Shown piece by piece: positions 33,302 through 43,815 of a stretch of DNA of 64,000 bases. Origin of the DNA: an uncultured Gemmatimonadales bacterium (GTDB lineage: Bacteria; Gemmatimonadota; Gemmatimonadetes; Longimicrobiales; RSA9); assembly GCA_963816355.1 (NCBI GenBank), contig CAWFKH010000003.1, positions 384,001-448,000 of the forward strand, written 5' to 3'. Made by a program: the position numbers and the translations under genes. Numbering within the stretch: position 1 is the stretch's first letter; each line of letters opens with the position of its first letter. The notes under the pieces were generated by a model. The model was not told the origin of the DNA. It was given only the letters and a program-made list of their open reading frames with translations, and did not search any database.

Positions 33302-34456
33302 ATGGCTCACAGAGAAGGGCTTTCGACGCGGGCGGTGCACGCGGGCGCAGAGCCGCCGCGGCCCGGCGCGCCGGTGGTACGTCCGATCGTGGAGTCGACC
33401 ACCTTCTTCAGCGATCCCGAGGACACGGGTGACGTCCGGTACACGCGCTACGCGAACAACCCGAACCACGTGGGACTCGGCGAGAGGATCGCGGCACTGG
33501 AGGGAACGGAGGCGGCGCTCGTCGTCGCGAGCGGCATGGCCGCGATCTCGATGACGCTCCTCACCTTCGCCGGCAGCGGCGACCACGTGGTGGCGGCGCG
33601 CGAGCTCTACGGCGGCACATTCGATCTCCTGCGCAACGAGCTTCCGCGCTACGGCATCGAAACGACGTTCATGAGCGGCGAGCGCGAATGGCGGAGCGCG
33701 CTGACGCCTCGCACGCGCCTCCTCTACGCCGAGACGCTCTCCAATCCGCTGCTCCGTCTGGCGGATCTGCCGATGCTGCGGGCGGTGGCCGCCGAGCGCG
33801 GGATTCCGCTCGTCGTCGACGCGACGTTCACGCCGGCGCCGACGCTGTGTAGCGCCGCGGCGGGCGCGGACGTGGTGCTGCACAGCGCGACGAAGTACTT
33901 GGGTGGCCACACGGACGTGACGGCCGGGGTCGTGGCGGGCCCCGCCGCGGTGGTCGAGGAGGTGCGCACGCGCGTGAAGCGGCTCGGCGGCGTTCTCGAT
34001 CCGCACGCGACGTGGCTGCTCGAGCGCGGCGTGAAGACGCTCGTGCTGCGCGTCGAGCGCCAGAACGCGACGGCGCTCGAGATCGCGCGGCGGCTGGAGC
34101 GCCACGGGACCGTGGCGGCGGTGCACTACCCGGGGCTGCCGTCGCACGCGGACCACGAGCGGGCGCGGTCGATGCTGCGCGGCTTCGGCGCGATGCTCGG
34201 CGTCGTGGTCGCCGGGGGCGACGAGGCCGCGTTGCGGGTGATGCGCGGGCTGCGCATCGTGCGCGTGGCGCCGAGCCTCGGCGGCGTCGAGTCGCTGGCA
34301 TCGATGCCGCGCTTCACGTCTCACGCCGGGCTGTCGGCGGAGGAGCGGCTCGCGGCGGGGATCGAGCCGGGCTTCATCCGACTCTCGGTCGGCATCGAGG
34401 ACGTCGACGATCTCTGGCGCGATCTGGGGACGGCGCTGGAGCGTGCGTCCGGATGA
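33302..34456 (+). CDS. Cys/Met metabolism PLP enzyme (cystathionine gamma-synthase/methionine gamma-lyase family)
   Basis: YTRYANNP, SGMAAI, HSATKYLGGH, SLGGVESL, RLSVGIED. Confidence 0.92.
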   Translation: MAHREGLSTRAVHAGAEPPRPGAPVVRPIVESTTFFSDPEDTGDVRYTRYANNPNHVGLGERIAALEGTEAALVVASGMAAISMTLLTFAGSGDHVVAARELYGGTFDLLRNELPRYGIETTFMSGEREWRSALTPRTRLLYAETLSNPLLRLADLPMLRAVAAERGIPLVVDATFTPAPTLCSAAAGADVVLHSATKYLGGHTDVTAGVVAGPAAVVEEVRTRVKRLGGVLDPHATWLLERGVKTLVLRVERQNATALEIARRLERHGTVAAVHYPGLPSHADHERARSMLRGFGAMLGVVVAGGDEAALRVMRGLRIVRVAPSLGGVESLASMPRFTSHAGLSAEERLAAGIEPGFIRLSVGIEDVDDLWRDLGTALERASG

Positions 34457-35646
34457 GTGACGACGCGCGCTCGCGCGACCGCCGTGGCGAGGGGAGAAGG
34501 GTGGAGCGGGGTAAGGGCGCGAAGGCGGAGGAGGGGTCCAGCGACCGGCGGCGGCAGGACCGGCGCGCCGCCTGGATCCGGCTCGCGGACTATCCCCTGC
34601 CGCAGCTCCGCAAGGAGCTCCTCACGCTGCTGCTGCTGGGCGCCATCCTGGCCCTCTTCCTCTACATGGTCCACGACGTCCTCGTCGCCGCGGTGGCGGG
34701 CGTCGTGCTCGGCATCTACCTGATCCCGTTCGAGCGCTGGCTCCACGCGCGTCTGCGCAACCGCGGCGTCGCGGCGGTGGTCACGATCACGCTCGTGACC
34801 GTGCCGCTGGTGGTGATGCTGCTCTACAGCTGGATCGAGATCTCGCGCGCCGCCTCGTACCTGCAGGTGCATCGCGAGGAGGTCGCGCGTCAGATCAACG
34901 GGGCGATCGACCGGCTCCCGTTCACCCAAGGGATCGAGATCGAGGACCGGCTGACGGGCCTGGTCGGGACGCTGGCCAGCCAGACCTCGCGGCTCGTCGC
35001 GGAGCTGCGCGCGACGATCGACATCGTCCTCCTGGGCGTGGCGGTGTTGCTCTTCACCACTTTCTACATCCTGACCGATCACGAGCGCATCGTCGCCTAC
35101 CTGCGCAGCAAGGTGCCGGGGCGCTATCAGGGACTGGTCAGCGAGATGAGCCGCAGCGTGCGGGCGGTGGTCTACGGCGCGCTCTACGCCGCGTTCTTCA
35201 CGCAGCTCCTGAAGTCCGGCGTGATCCTCGCCCTCAACCTCGCCTTCGACGTGCCGCTCGCGGTGGTGCTCACGATCGTCTCCTTCTTCATCGGCTTCTT
35301 CCCGATCGTCGGATCGTGGTCCGTCTACCTTCCCGTCGCGATCTACCTGATGGTCTTCCGCCACAACACCTTCGGCGGCCTGGCGATGCTGGTGGTCGGC
35401 TTCGTCGGGAACACGCTTCTGCTCTCGATGTACCTGCGACCGAAGATCGCGGCCGAACGCTCGCAGGTGCTCAACTTCTACTGGATGTTCATCGCGCTCG
35501 TGACCGGAGTCTACACCTTCGGCCTGATCGGCATCATCATCGGCCCGGTGCTCATCGCGGTGCTGAAGGCGATCTTCGACAGCATCATGCGCTCGCCCGG
35601 CGAGCTCGTCCCGGATTCGGCCGGGCTGGGAGCCGACGGCGCGTGA
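34453..35646 (+). CDS. AI-2E family transporter
   Basis: Multi-TM, FFPIVG, YLRPKI, FGLIGIIIGP. Confidence 0.85.
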   Translation: MSDDARSRDRRGEGRRVERGKGAKAEEGSSDRRRQDRRAAWIRLADYPLPQLRKELLTLLLLGAILALFLYMVHDVLVAAVAGVVLGIYLIPFERWLHARLRNRGVAAVVTITLVTVPLVVMLLYSWIEISRAASYLQVHREEVARQINGAIDRLPFTQGIEIEDRLTGLVGTLASQTSRLVAELRATIDIVLLGVAVLLFTTFYILTDHERIVAYLRSKVPGRYQGLVSEMSRSVRAVVYGALYAAFFTQLLKSGVILALNLAFDVPLAVVLTIVSFFIGFFPIVGSWSVYLPVAIYLMVFRHNTFGGLAMLVVGFVGNTLLLSMYLRPKIAAERSQVLNFYWMFIALVTGVYTFGLIGIIIGPVLIAVLKAIFDSIMRSPGELVPDSAGLGADGA

Positions 35647-35677
35647 CGGGCTGCGGTCCTTCGAGGAGGTCAGGCGG

Positions 35678-38077
35678 ATGAAGAGGAGGATCGCCGGCAT
35701 CGCCGCCGGCGTGGCGGGCGTTCTCGCGGCGTCGACCCTCGGCGCCGTGGCGTACGTCCGCTCCGCGGCCCCGCCCGTCGACGGCGAAATCGCGCTCGCC
35801 GGCTTGCGTGCGCCGGTCGACGTGTGGCGGGACTCGCTCGGCGTGCCGCGGCTGAGCGCCGCCTCGGTCCACGACCTCGCCTTCGCCCAGGGCTACGTCC
35901 ACGCGCAGGAGCGGCTGTGGCAGATGGAGCTGCTGCGGCGCATGGTCGATGGGCGGCTCGCCGAAGCGTTCGGCCCCGCGCTCGTGCCGACGGACCGCTT
36001 CCTTCGCACGCTCGGCCTCGGCCGCGCCGCGGTGCACGAGGAGGCGGCGCTGCAGCCTGCGGTGCGCGCGGACCTGGACGCCTACGTCGCCGGCGTCAAC
36101 GCCTGGATCGCAGACCACCACGGCGCGCTGCCGCCGGAGTTCCTGGCGCTCCGCCTCGAGCCGGAGCCGTGGACGATTCACAACTCGCTCTCCGTCGAGC
36201 AAGCGATGGCGTTCGACCTCTCCGCGCTCAACCATGAGCTGGCGCTCGCCCGGGCCCTCGCCCGCCTCGGGCCGCGACGCGCCCGCTGGCTGGCACCCGC
36301 CTACCCGGATTGGGGCGTCACCATCCTGGAGGGCGCGGCCTCCTCGACGCCGCCCGCCACGGTTCCGACGGAGCGCTCCGCGACGTCTCCGCTCACCTTC
36401 GCCGCGCCGGCGCCCCCGCCCGCGGCCGCGGCCGCGCTGCTGGGCGCCTTTTCGATCACGAACGCGTCGAACGCGTGGGTCGTCGGCGGATCGCGCACGC
36501 GCTCCGGCAAGCCGATCCTCGCGAACGACATGCACCTGGCGCTGCGCGCGCCGTCGATCTGGATGCTGATGTCGCTGCACGCGCCCGGTCTGGACGTGGT
36601 CGGCATGACCATACCCGGGGCGCCCTTCGTCATCGCCGGGCACAACCGCGCGATCGCCTGGGGCTTCACGAACGCCTATCTCGACGACGCCGATCTCTTC
36701 CTCGAGCGGCTCGATCCTGCCGACACGACGCGTTACCTGACGCCGGACGGGAGCGCGCCGATCGAGCTCCTGCCGGAGACGGTGCAGGTTCGCGGCGCCG
36801 AGCCGGTCGCGTTCACGGTGCGTCGCACGCGCCACGGTCCCCTGCTCGACCTCGACGCCCCGCCGGGGGATTCCGGGCTGGAGCGGATCGCGGCGCAGTG
36901 GGCGTCGCGGACGCCCGGCGCGACGCTCCAGTCGATCCCGGCGATGGACCGCGCGGCGGAGTGGAGCGGGTTTCTCGCCGCCGTCGCCGATTTCCAGAAT
37001 CCGCACCAGAACATCGTGTACGCGGATACGGCGGGTCACATCGGCTACGTCATGGGCGGCCGCGTGCCGATCCGGGGCGCGCGGCGGCCGCCGCCCGAGT
37101 TCCCCGTCCCCGGCTGGACCGGCGAATGGGACTGGCGCGGCGAGCTGCCGTTCGCCGACCACCCGCGCCTGCTCGATCCGGCGGACGGCTACATCGTCAC
37201 CGCGAACAACCGCCAGGGTCGGGGCGGCGCGGCGGACCTCGTCTCCACGGTCTGGGAGCAGCCGTTCCGGGCTCAGCGGATCCGCGAGATGATCGTCGGG
37301 GCGCGCGCCTCGCTCGATGCGGCGGGCGTCCACGCGATGGAGATGGATGTCCGCGACGACATGGCCGCGCGCTACCGCGGGCGCGCCGTGCGGGCGGCGA
37401 GGGACGCGGGTCTGACGGCCGCGGCCGACACGCTCGCGGCGTGGGATCTGCGCGCGAGCCGGGCTTCGCGCGCCGCCGCCCTCTTCTACACCTGGTTCCA
37501 GCGTCTCCGCGTCGGCGCGGCGCGCTCGCTCTACGGGGACACGGCGGGAGGATGGTTCCCGAACGACGCGCTTTCGGACGTGCTGGAGCGCGGCGCCGCG
37601 CCGTGGGAGGGCGCCGACAGCGTCGCCGCCTACGAGCGGATCGCCGCCACCGCCATTCGATCGGCCGATTCACTGGTGGCCGGCCGCGCCTGGGGCGAGA
37701 TCAACCGGGTGGTGGTCGCGCACGAGCTCGCCGCCTCCCGGCTGCTCGAGGACCTCCTCCACCTGAACCTGGGTCCCGCTCCGCGCGCGGGCTCGCCGTG
37801 GACCGTGGATGTCTCGCACCTGCGCGGCTCACGTCCGCCGTTCACCACGGTGGCCGGTCCCAGCGAGCGGCACGTCGTCGACATGGCCGACATCGACGGC
37901 GCCGGCGGCTTCATCCTGCCCACCGGCGAATCCGGCCTTCCTTTCGACGCGCACTACAGGGACCAGTTCGAGCCGTGGCGTGACGGCGGCCTCTGGCTGA
38001 TTCCGCTCGACGCCGCCGCCGCCGCCGCGCGTACCGTGCACCGACTCCGTCTCCAACCCGCGACCGCCAGCCGATGA
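35678..38077 (+). CDS. Penicillin acylase family Ntn-hydrolase
   Basis: AQGYVHAQERLWQM, ASNAWVV..GKPILANDMHL, TANN. Confidence 0.93.
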   Translation: MKRRIAGIAAGVAGVLAASTLGAVAYVRSAAPPVDGEIALAGLRAPVDVWRDSLGVPRLSAASVHDLAFAQGYVHAQERLWQMELLRRMVDGRLAEAFGPALVPTDRFLRTLGLGRAAVHEEAALQPAVRADLDAYVAGVNAWIADHHGALPPEFLALRLEPEPWTIHNSLSVEQAMAFDLSALNHELALARALARLGPRRARWLAPAYPDWGVTILEGAASSTPPATVPTERSATSPLTFAAPAPPPAAAAALLGAFSITNASNAWVVGGSRTRSGKPILANDMHLALRAPSIWMLMSLHAPGLDVVGMTIPGAPFVIAGHNRAIAWGFTNAYLDDADLFLERLDPADTTRYLTPDGSAPIELLPETVQVRGAEPVAFTVRRTRHGPLLDLDAPPGDSGLERIAAQWASRTPGATLQSIPAMDRAAEWSGFLAAVADFQNPHQNIVYADTAGHIGYVMGGRVPIRGARRPPPEFPVPGWTGEWDWRGELPFADHPRLLDPADGYIVTANNRQGRGGAADLVSTVWEQPFRAQRIREMIVGARASLDAAGVHAMEMDVRDDMAARYRGRAVRAARDAGLTAAADTLAAWDLRASRASRAAALFYTWFQRLRVGAARSLYGDTAGGWFPNDALSDVLERGAAPWEGADSVAAYERIAATAIRSADSLVAGRAWGEINRVVVAHELAASRLLEDLLHLNLGPAPRAGSPWTVDVSHLRGSRPPFTTVAGPSERHVVDMADIDGAGGFILPTGESGLPFDAHYRDQFEPWRDGGLWLIPLDAAAAAARTVHRLRLQPATASR

Positions 38078-39081
38078 GCCAGACCTTCGACATCGCCGTC
38101 GTCGGCGCCGGTCCCTGCGGCCTCGGCGTCGGCGTCGCGGCCCGCGCGAGCGGCGTATCCTGCGTCGTCTTCGACAAGGGGTGCCTCACCCGGTCGCTCA
38201 CGCTCTATCCGGAGCGCATGCGCTTCTTCAGCACGCCCGAGCGGCTCGAACTGGGAGGCCTGCCCTTCATCACGATCGAGGACAAGCCCACGCGCCGCGA
38301 GGCGCTCAAGTACTACCGCCGCGTCGCCGAGCACTTCGACGTCGACGTCCGTCAGTACGAGACGGTGCTCGAGGTGACGCGTACCCCGGGCGACGCCGCC
38401 TTCACCCTCCGCACCCGCACCCGCACCGGCGAGGAGGGCCGCTACCGCGCGCGCAACGTCGTGATCGCCACCGGATACTTCGACACGCCGAACCTGCTCG
38501 GCGTCCCCGGAGAGGATCTCCCCAACGTCTTCCACTACTATCGCGAGCCGGAACCGTTCTACGACCAGAAGTGCATCGTCGTCGGCGCCGGCAACTCCGC
38601 CGTCGACGCCGCCCTCGAGCTCTACCGCGCCGGCGCCGACGTCGCCCTCGTCCATTTCCTCGATCGACTCGATCCCGGCGTCAAGCCGTGGGTGCTGCCC
38701 GACATCGAGAACCGCCTGCGCGACGGCGACATCACTCCGCACTGGAACACGCGCGTGCGGGAGATCGCGATCGATCACGTGGTCCTCACCGACGAGGCGG
38801 CCGGCCGCACCGAGCGCGTCGACAACGACTGGGTCTTCCTCATGACCGGCTACCGCCCCGAACCCACGCTGCTCCGCGAGCTGGGCGCCGAGATCGATCC
38901 GCAGACCGGCATCCCCGGCCACGACCCCGCGACAATGGAAACGTCCGTCCCCGGCGTCTTCATCGCCGGCGTCCTCGCCGCCGGCTACGACGCCAACAAG
39001 ATCTTCATCGAGAACGGCCGCCACCACGGCCCCCGCATCGTTTCCGCAGTGGCCGAACGCGGCGCGTCGCGGGACGGCTGA
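38074..39081 (+). CDS. ypdA: YpdA-family flavin disulfide reductase (putative bacillithiol disulfide reductase)
   Basis: GAGPCG, FFSTPERLE, KPTRREALKYY, ATGYFD, IFIENGRHH. Confidence 0.85.
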   Translation: MSQTFDIAVVGAGPCGLGVGVAARASGVSCVVFDKGCLTRSLTLYPERMRFFSTPERLELGGLPFITIEDKPTRREALKYYRRVAEHFDVDVRQYETVLEVTRTPGDAAFTLRTRTRTGEEGRYRARNVVIATGYFDTPNLLGVPGEDLPNVFHYYREPEPFYDQKCIVVGAGNSAVDAALELYRAGADVALVHFLDRLDPGVKPWVLPDIENRLRDGDITPHWNTRVREIAIDHVVLTDEAAGRTERVDNDWVFLMTGYRPEPTLLRELGAEIDPQTGIPGHDPATMETSVPGVFIAGVLAAGYDANKIFIENGRHHGPRIVSAVAERGASRDG

Positions 39082-39250
39082 CCCCCTCCGCCGGTCGCCG
39101 CCGGCCGCCGGATCGAACGAATCGCTCCTGTGGGGATGCGCCCCACGCCGGGTCGGCGCACTCCCGACAGACAATTTCTCACCTCCAGGTTAGGATTTCT
39201 CCGGTGCCGGCGGGGCCGCGCCGTGGCGATCCGATGCAGCGGAGGCGGAG

Positions 39251-39706
39251 GTGCATTCACTCGTTCGTCGCTATCTGAAGACGGGGATCGCGTTCCTGTT
39301 CGTGGGGCTCGCCCTGGGTGCCTGGATGCTGGTGCGGCGGGAGCTGCTGGGACGGTGGCCGCAGCCGTACCTCGTCTCCGCCCACGCGCACGCGGTGTTC
39401 GTGGGCTTCGTGATGTTCATGATCCTGGGCGTCGGGCTCTGGCTGTTCCCGCGCCCGGCGGCGGGCGACGCCCGCTACACGCCCGCTCGGGCGGGGGCGG
39501 CGTACTGGGTGCTGACGGTGGCGACGGCGCTGCGGATCGCGGGGGAGGTGGGGCGGTCGTGGTCGTCCGCCGGCTGGCTTGCGTGGCCGGTCGTGGCGGG
39601 GGGCCTGGGGCAGGTCGCGGGGCTGTCGCTCTATTTCTGGACCGTGTGGACGCGGATCCGCCCGGTGGGGAGCCACCTGCGCGAGGCGAAGGGGGAGCGC
39701 TTCTGA
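39251..39706 (+). CDS. 4-TM membrane protein resembling a fragment of heme-copper oxidase/NOR subunit I
   Basis: SAHAHAVFVGFVMFMILGV..FPRP; GGAGG RBS. Confidence 0.65.
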   Translation: MHSLVRRYLKTGIAFLFVGLALGAWMLVRRELLGRWPQPYLVSAHAHAVFVGFVMFMILGVGLWLFPRPAAGDARYTPARAGAAYWVLTVATALRIAGEVGRSWSSAGWLAWPVVAGGLGQVAGLSLYFWTVWTRIRPVGSHLREAKGERF

Positions 39707-39818
39707 GCGCGGCGGGCGATCCGTTTCCGGGCCGGCGGCGTCGGAGCGCGCAGGGGGAGCCGCACCCGCGCGCTACGGCGAGGGGTGCTCGCGGGGGAGA
39801 CGAGGAGGGAGGACGAGC

Positions 39819-40313
39819 GTGTCGCTCTACTACATCAACGTGACGATTCACGTGCTGGCGGCGATGCTGTGGCTGGGCGGGATGTTCTTCCTGGCCGTGG
39901 TCGGCGCGCCGGCCCTGCGGCGCGTCGAGCCGGCGCCGTTGCGGGCGGAGCTGTTCCGCGCGCTGGGCAGCCGCTTCCGGAGCGTCGGCTGGATCGCGAT
40001 CGGGGTGCTGCTGGCGACGGGCGTCGCGAACCTGTACTTCCGCGGCGTCCTGCACCCGGCGGTGCTCCATGATCCGGCGTTCTGGGCGACGCGTTTCGGC
40101 ACCGCGCTCGCATGGAAGCTGAGCGCGGTGGCGCTGATGATCGTCTTCAGCGCGGTTCACGACTTCTTTCTGGGACCGCGGGCGGGGCGCGTCTCGGAGG
40201 ACAGGGCCGCCGCCGCGCGCTACCGGCGCGCCTCGGCGTGGGTCGCGCGCGTGAACGCGGGGCTGGGGGTCGTTCTGGTGATGGCGGCGGTTCACCTTGC
40301 GCGGGGAGGCTGA
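39819..40313 (+). CDS. CopD/DUF4149-like membrane protein
   Basis: HVLAAMLWLGGMFF, TGV, WKL, HDFFLGP. Confidence 0.7.
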   Translation: MSLYYINVTIHVLAAMLWLGGMFFLAVVGAPALRRVEPAPLRAELFRALGSRFRSVGWIAIGVLLATGVANLYFRGVLHPAVLHDPAFWATRFGTALAWKLSAVALMIVFSAVHDFFLGPRAGRVSEDRAAAARYRRASAWVARVNAGLGVVLVMAAVHLARGG

Positions 40314-40349
40314 GGCCGCGCGGGCGGGCTCAGCCGAACGCGGCGCGGA

Positions 40350-42128
40350 TCACACGGTCCCGGTGCCCTCCCCGCTGCCGCCGGCGCCGCGCGTGGCGAC
40401 GTAGGCGTCGAACTGCAGGTGGCGGCCCTTCTGCTTGCGGCAGAAGATGCCGATCGTCGAGCGCGGCTCGCCCACGCCGGTGTTGCCGCTCGGCCCCACG
40501 CCGCTGGCGCCGAAGGCCTCCCACTCGAGCGCGCTGTCGGTGCCGTCGTTCTCCTTGACCATGCCGCCGAGCACGGCGCGGCCGCGCCGGATCAGGGCGT
40601 CGTCCTTCGACCAGATCGACACGATCAGGTCGTACGGATTGGTGGCGAGCGCGAAGCGGAGGAAGTCGTCGAAGCCGTCCATGTACATCGTGCAGAGGAT
40701 CGGCTGGAACCATTCGGTGATGGCGGGCCGGAAGCGTCGCTCCCCCTTGCCGTCCCAGTCACAGACGAGCTCCGTCTCGGGCGTGATCGGCCCCATGATG
40801 AGGGGGCGGACTACCTCCGCGTGCGCCGCGTACTCGCCCTCGGTGACGCGCCCGCCCTCGCGGATCAGGCCGACGCCGGCGCGGCGCGCCGCCTCCTGAA
40901 TGTTGGTGGTCGTCTGCGCCGTGTGGACCATGAGCGGTCCGACGACGAGCGTCTCGTCGTCGCCCGCGATGCGCGGGTCGCGCACCTGCCAGGCGTCGAA
41001 GCGTCGATCGATGAGGCGCGCCAGCGCGTCGATCGTCTCGCGTGGCCCGCAGATGCCGTGCAGCGTCGAGCATTTGTGCGAGGAGAAGCCGAGCTTCGAG
41101 TACGCGAGGCGGGTCGCGATGCGCTCGAGCTCGGCGTCGTCGAAGCCGTCGTCGACGTAGGCCCAGTTCACGCCGCCGCCTTCGAAGACGAGCTTGCCGA
41201 GGCCGCGCCCGTTCTGGATGGCGAGCGCGGTCTGATCGGAGCCGGTCACGCTGACCACCTTCACGCGCCGGTCCGTCGCGAGGGAGGCGATCCCCTTGCC
41301 GAAGCCCTCGATCTTCTGCACCGCGCGGGGATCGGCGCCGGCGGCGACGAGCGCGCGGATGAGCGTCGTATTGGTGATCGCGGCGTCCGGGTGCCCCTTG
41401 AAGACGAGGGGCGAGCCGGCGATGTAGCAGCCGACGATCTGGATCACGGGGATGCCGTAGATGAAGTTCATCGGCGTGATCGCCGCGCAGACGCCGGCGG
41501 GGATGTAGTCCGTCTTCCAGTAGTCGTGGCCGCCGATGAGCGCGGGCAGCTGGGTCCCCTGCATGGCGATCTCGGCGCTCCCCTCGAGGTGGTCCGCGGC
41601 GCGCCGCGCCTCCCAGAAGTCCTTTTCCGCCTCCAGCCGCGTCTTCGGGATCTGGTGTCGGATCTCGGCGAGGCACTCCTCGCGGAAGTAGCCGAGGATG
41701 CGGGAGAAGTTCTTCACCACCCACTTGCGATAGGTGACCACCTCGTCGGCCCACTCGAGCGACAGCCAGTACGCCTGCGCCACGTCGAGCGCCGCGCCCA
41801 CGTCGTCGGCGTCCGAGGCGGGGATCTCGCATAGACTCACGCGGCGATCGAACTTGGCCGGCATCGCCGCCGAGCGCTTCGCCTCGCGCCACTCGCCGCC
41901 GATCAGGTTGCGGATGGCCACCGGCGCGTCGTCCTCCGTCTCCGGGAGGCGGTCGTAGCAGAAGACATAGGAGCGCAGCGCCTCGATCTCCTCCTCGGAA
42001 AGGAGCGGCGTGAAGAGGGACCAGCCGGCGCGTCGCTCGGCGTACCGGCGCGCGAGGGGGTCGGGGCCGACCTGACCCTCCACGTTGAAGCGCTCGATGT
42101 CGCGCGTGATCTCCGAAAGGTCCAGCAT
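40350..42128 (-). CDS. Divergent aldehyde dehydrogenase family protein
   Basis: NLIGGEW, TPMNF, VTGS, FEGGG, HKCS, AFGASG. Confidence 0.8.
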   Translation of the reverse strand: MLDLSEITRDIERFNVEGQVGPDPLARRYAERRAGWSLFTPLLSEEEIEALRSYVFCYDRLPETEDDAPVAIRNLIGGEWREAKRSAAMPAKFDRRVSLCEIPASDADDVGAALDVAQAYWLSLEWADEVVTYRKWVVKNFSRILGYFREECLAEIRHQIPKTRLEAEKDFWEARRAADHLEGSAEIAMQGTQLPALIGGHDYWKTDYIPAGVCAAITPMNFIYGIPVIQIVGCYIAGSPLVFKGHPDAAITNTTLIRALVAAGADPRAVQKIEGFGKGIASLATDRRVKVVSVTGSDQTALAIQNGRGLGKLVFEGGGVNWAYVDDGFDDAELERIATRLAYSKLGFSSHKCSTLHGICGPRETIDALARLIDRRFDAWQVRDPRIAGDDETLVVGPLMVHTAQTTTNIQEAARRAGVGLIREGGRVTEGEYAAHAEVVRPLIMGPITPETELVCDWDGKGERRFRPAITEWFQPILCTMYMDGFDDFLRFALATNPYDLIVSIWSKDDALIRRGRAVLGGMVKENDGTDSALEWEAFGASGVGPSGNTGVGEPRSTIGIFCRKQKGRHLQFDAYVATRGAGGSGEGTGTV

Positions 42129-42275
42129 TCAGTGCCTCGCTCGTTTCAGGGGCTTCGGGGCCGGAAATCGGCCCGCACGGCCATCACGAATGGCGGCTAA
42201 GTTGCGGTGGCGCGGTGCGGCCCGGCAAGTCGGGGCGGGAGGCTCGCGCGGCGCCGATCGGGGGGATCCTCTCGG

Positions 42276-42305
42276 TTGACTGGGGGTACCGGCGGCGGGT
42301 AGATT
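42276..42305 (+). promoter_or_regulatory. Sigma70-type promoter of nfu-like gene
   Basis: TTGACT-N18-TAGATT. Confidence 0.5.
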
Positions 42306-42351
42306 TTTCCGTGGGCCGAGGCGGGATGGCCCGACCGGCGAGCGAGGAGCG

Positions 42352-42579
42352 ATGACGGGGCGCGAGAAGATCGAAGCCGTGCTTACGAGCATCCGCCCGG
42401 CCCTCAACCAGGACGGCGGCGACGTCGAGCTGGTCGACTACGACGCGGACGGCGTCGTGCGCCTGCGGCTCGTCGGCGTCTGCGGCTCCTGCCCGATCTC
42501 GTCCGTCACGCTGAAGCAGGGGATCGAGCGGCGCCTGATGACCGCGGTGCCAGAGATCACGGCGGTCCAGGCGATCTGA
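42352..42579 (+). CDS. NifU-C/NfuA-type Fe-S carrier
   Basis: IRPALNQDGGDVEL, GVCGSCPIS. Confidence 0.93.
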   Translation: MTGREKIEAVLTSIRPALNQDGGDVELVDYDADGVVRLRLVGVCGSCPISSVTLKQGIERRLMTAVPEITAVQAI

Positions 42580-42607
42580 GGCGCCGGGGCGCGTCCCCCA
42601 GGTGGTC

Positions 42608-42641
42608 ACGGCCGACGCCCCCCGGCGCCGGCCGTTTTGTT
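42608..42641 (+). terminator. Intrinsic terminator-like hairpin between nfu and mrp
   Basis: ACGGCCG-A-CGCC/GGCG-C-CGGCCGT stem followed by TTTGTT. Confidence 0.5.
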
Positions 42642-42690
42642 CGCGCCGTGCGTCGGCCCGGCGAACTCGGGACGCCAACGAGGGGAAGAG

Positions 42691-43815
42691 ATGAGCGAGG
42701 ATCGCGAGGATCTGCTGCAGCGCGTGAGCCTGGCGCTCTCGAAGGTGCGCAACGCGCGCACGGGGGCGGATGTCGTTTCCGGCTCGCAGGTGCAGGGGCT
42801 GGACCTCGAGGCGGATGGGACGGTGCGCTTCCAGTTCGTGCTGCGCCCGGACGACGAGGGCACCCTCGTGCGCGAAGCGCGGCGGGCGGCCGAGGCGGTC
42901 GAAGGCGTCGTGCGCGTGAAGGTGGACGTGAAGCTGCCGCAGTCCGCGCGTTCCGAGCGGCCGCGGCCGCCGCGCGGTGCGGCGCGCGCGGGCACCGTCC
43001 CGGCGCCGACCCCCCAGGGCCGCCTGCGGGAAGGTCTCAAGCGGATCGTCGCGGTGAGCTCGGGCAAGGGGGGCGTGGGAAAGTCGACGGTCGCCGCGAA
43101 CGTCGCCGTCGCGCTCGCGGCGGAGGGACACGCCGTCGGCCTCCTCGACGCGGACATCTACGGCCCCGACATCCCGCTCATGTTCGGCGAGTCCGGGCGC
43201 CCCCGCGTCACCGGGGAGCGCGGCGCGGAGAAGATCGTTCCGCTCGTCGCGCACGGCGTGAAGCTGATGAGTCTGGGCTTTCTGCTCGACCCGGACCAGC
43301 CGGCGATCATGCGAGGTCCGCTCATCGCCGGCATCCTGAAGCAGTTCCTCGAGCAGGTCGAGTGGGGCGAGCTGGACTACCTCGTGGTCGACATGCCTCC
43401 CGGCACCGGCGACGCCCAGTTGTCGCTGGTCCAGACGATCGAGATCGACGGCGCCGTCATGGTCACCACGCCCCAGGCGGTCTCGACCAGCGATGTCCGC
43501 CGCGCCGTGCGCATGTTCGAGCGCACGAACACGCGCGTGCTCGGCGTCGTCGAGAACATGAGCGGCCTCGAGTGCCCGCATTGCCACGGTCACATCGACG
43601 TCTTCGGCGCGCACGGCGGACGCGCGCTCGCCGAGGAGCTGGAGATCCCCTTCCTCGGCGAGGTGCCGCTCGACCCGGCCGTGCGCGTCTCCGGCGACGC
43701 CGGCGCCCCGACCGTCGTTGCGGCCGCCGACTCCGCCGCCGGGCGCGCCTTCGCCGCCGCGGCCCGTGAGGTCGCGCGGCTGGTCGAGTCGCCGGTGGGC
43801 GCGGGCGCGGGATGA
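42691..43815 (+). CDS. mrp: Mrp/NBP35 (ApbC) Fe-S carrier ATPase
   Basis: SGKGGVGKST, DADIYGP, DMPPGTGD, ENMS..CPHC. Confidence 0.94.
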   Translation: MSEDREDLLQRVSLALSKVRNARTGADVVSGSQVQGLDLEADGTVRFQFVLRPDDEGTLVREARRAAEAVEGVVRVKVDVKLPQSARSERPRPPRGAARAGTVPAPTPQGRLREGLKRIVAVSSGKGGVGKSTVAANVAVALAAEGHAVGLLDADIYGPDIPLMFGESGRPRVTGERGAEKIVPLVAHGVKLMSLGFLLDPDQPAIMRGPLIAGILKQFLEQVEWGELDYLVVDMPPGTGDAQLSLVQTIEIDGAVMVTTPQAVSTSDVRRAVRMFERTNTRVLGVVENMSGLECPHCHGHIDVFGAHGGRALAEELEIPFLGEVPLDPAVRVSGDAGAPTVVAAADSAAGRAFAAAAREVARLVESPVGAGAG

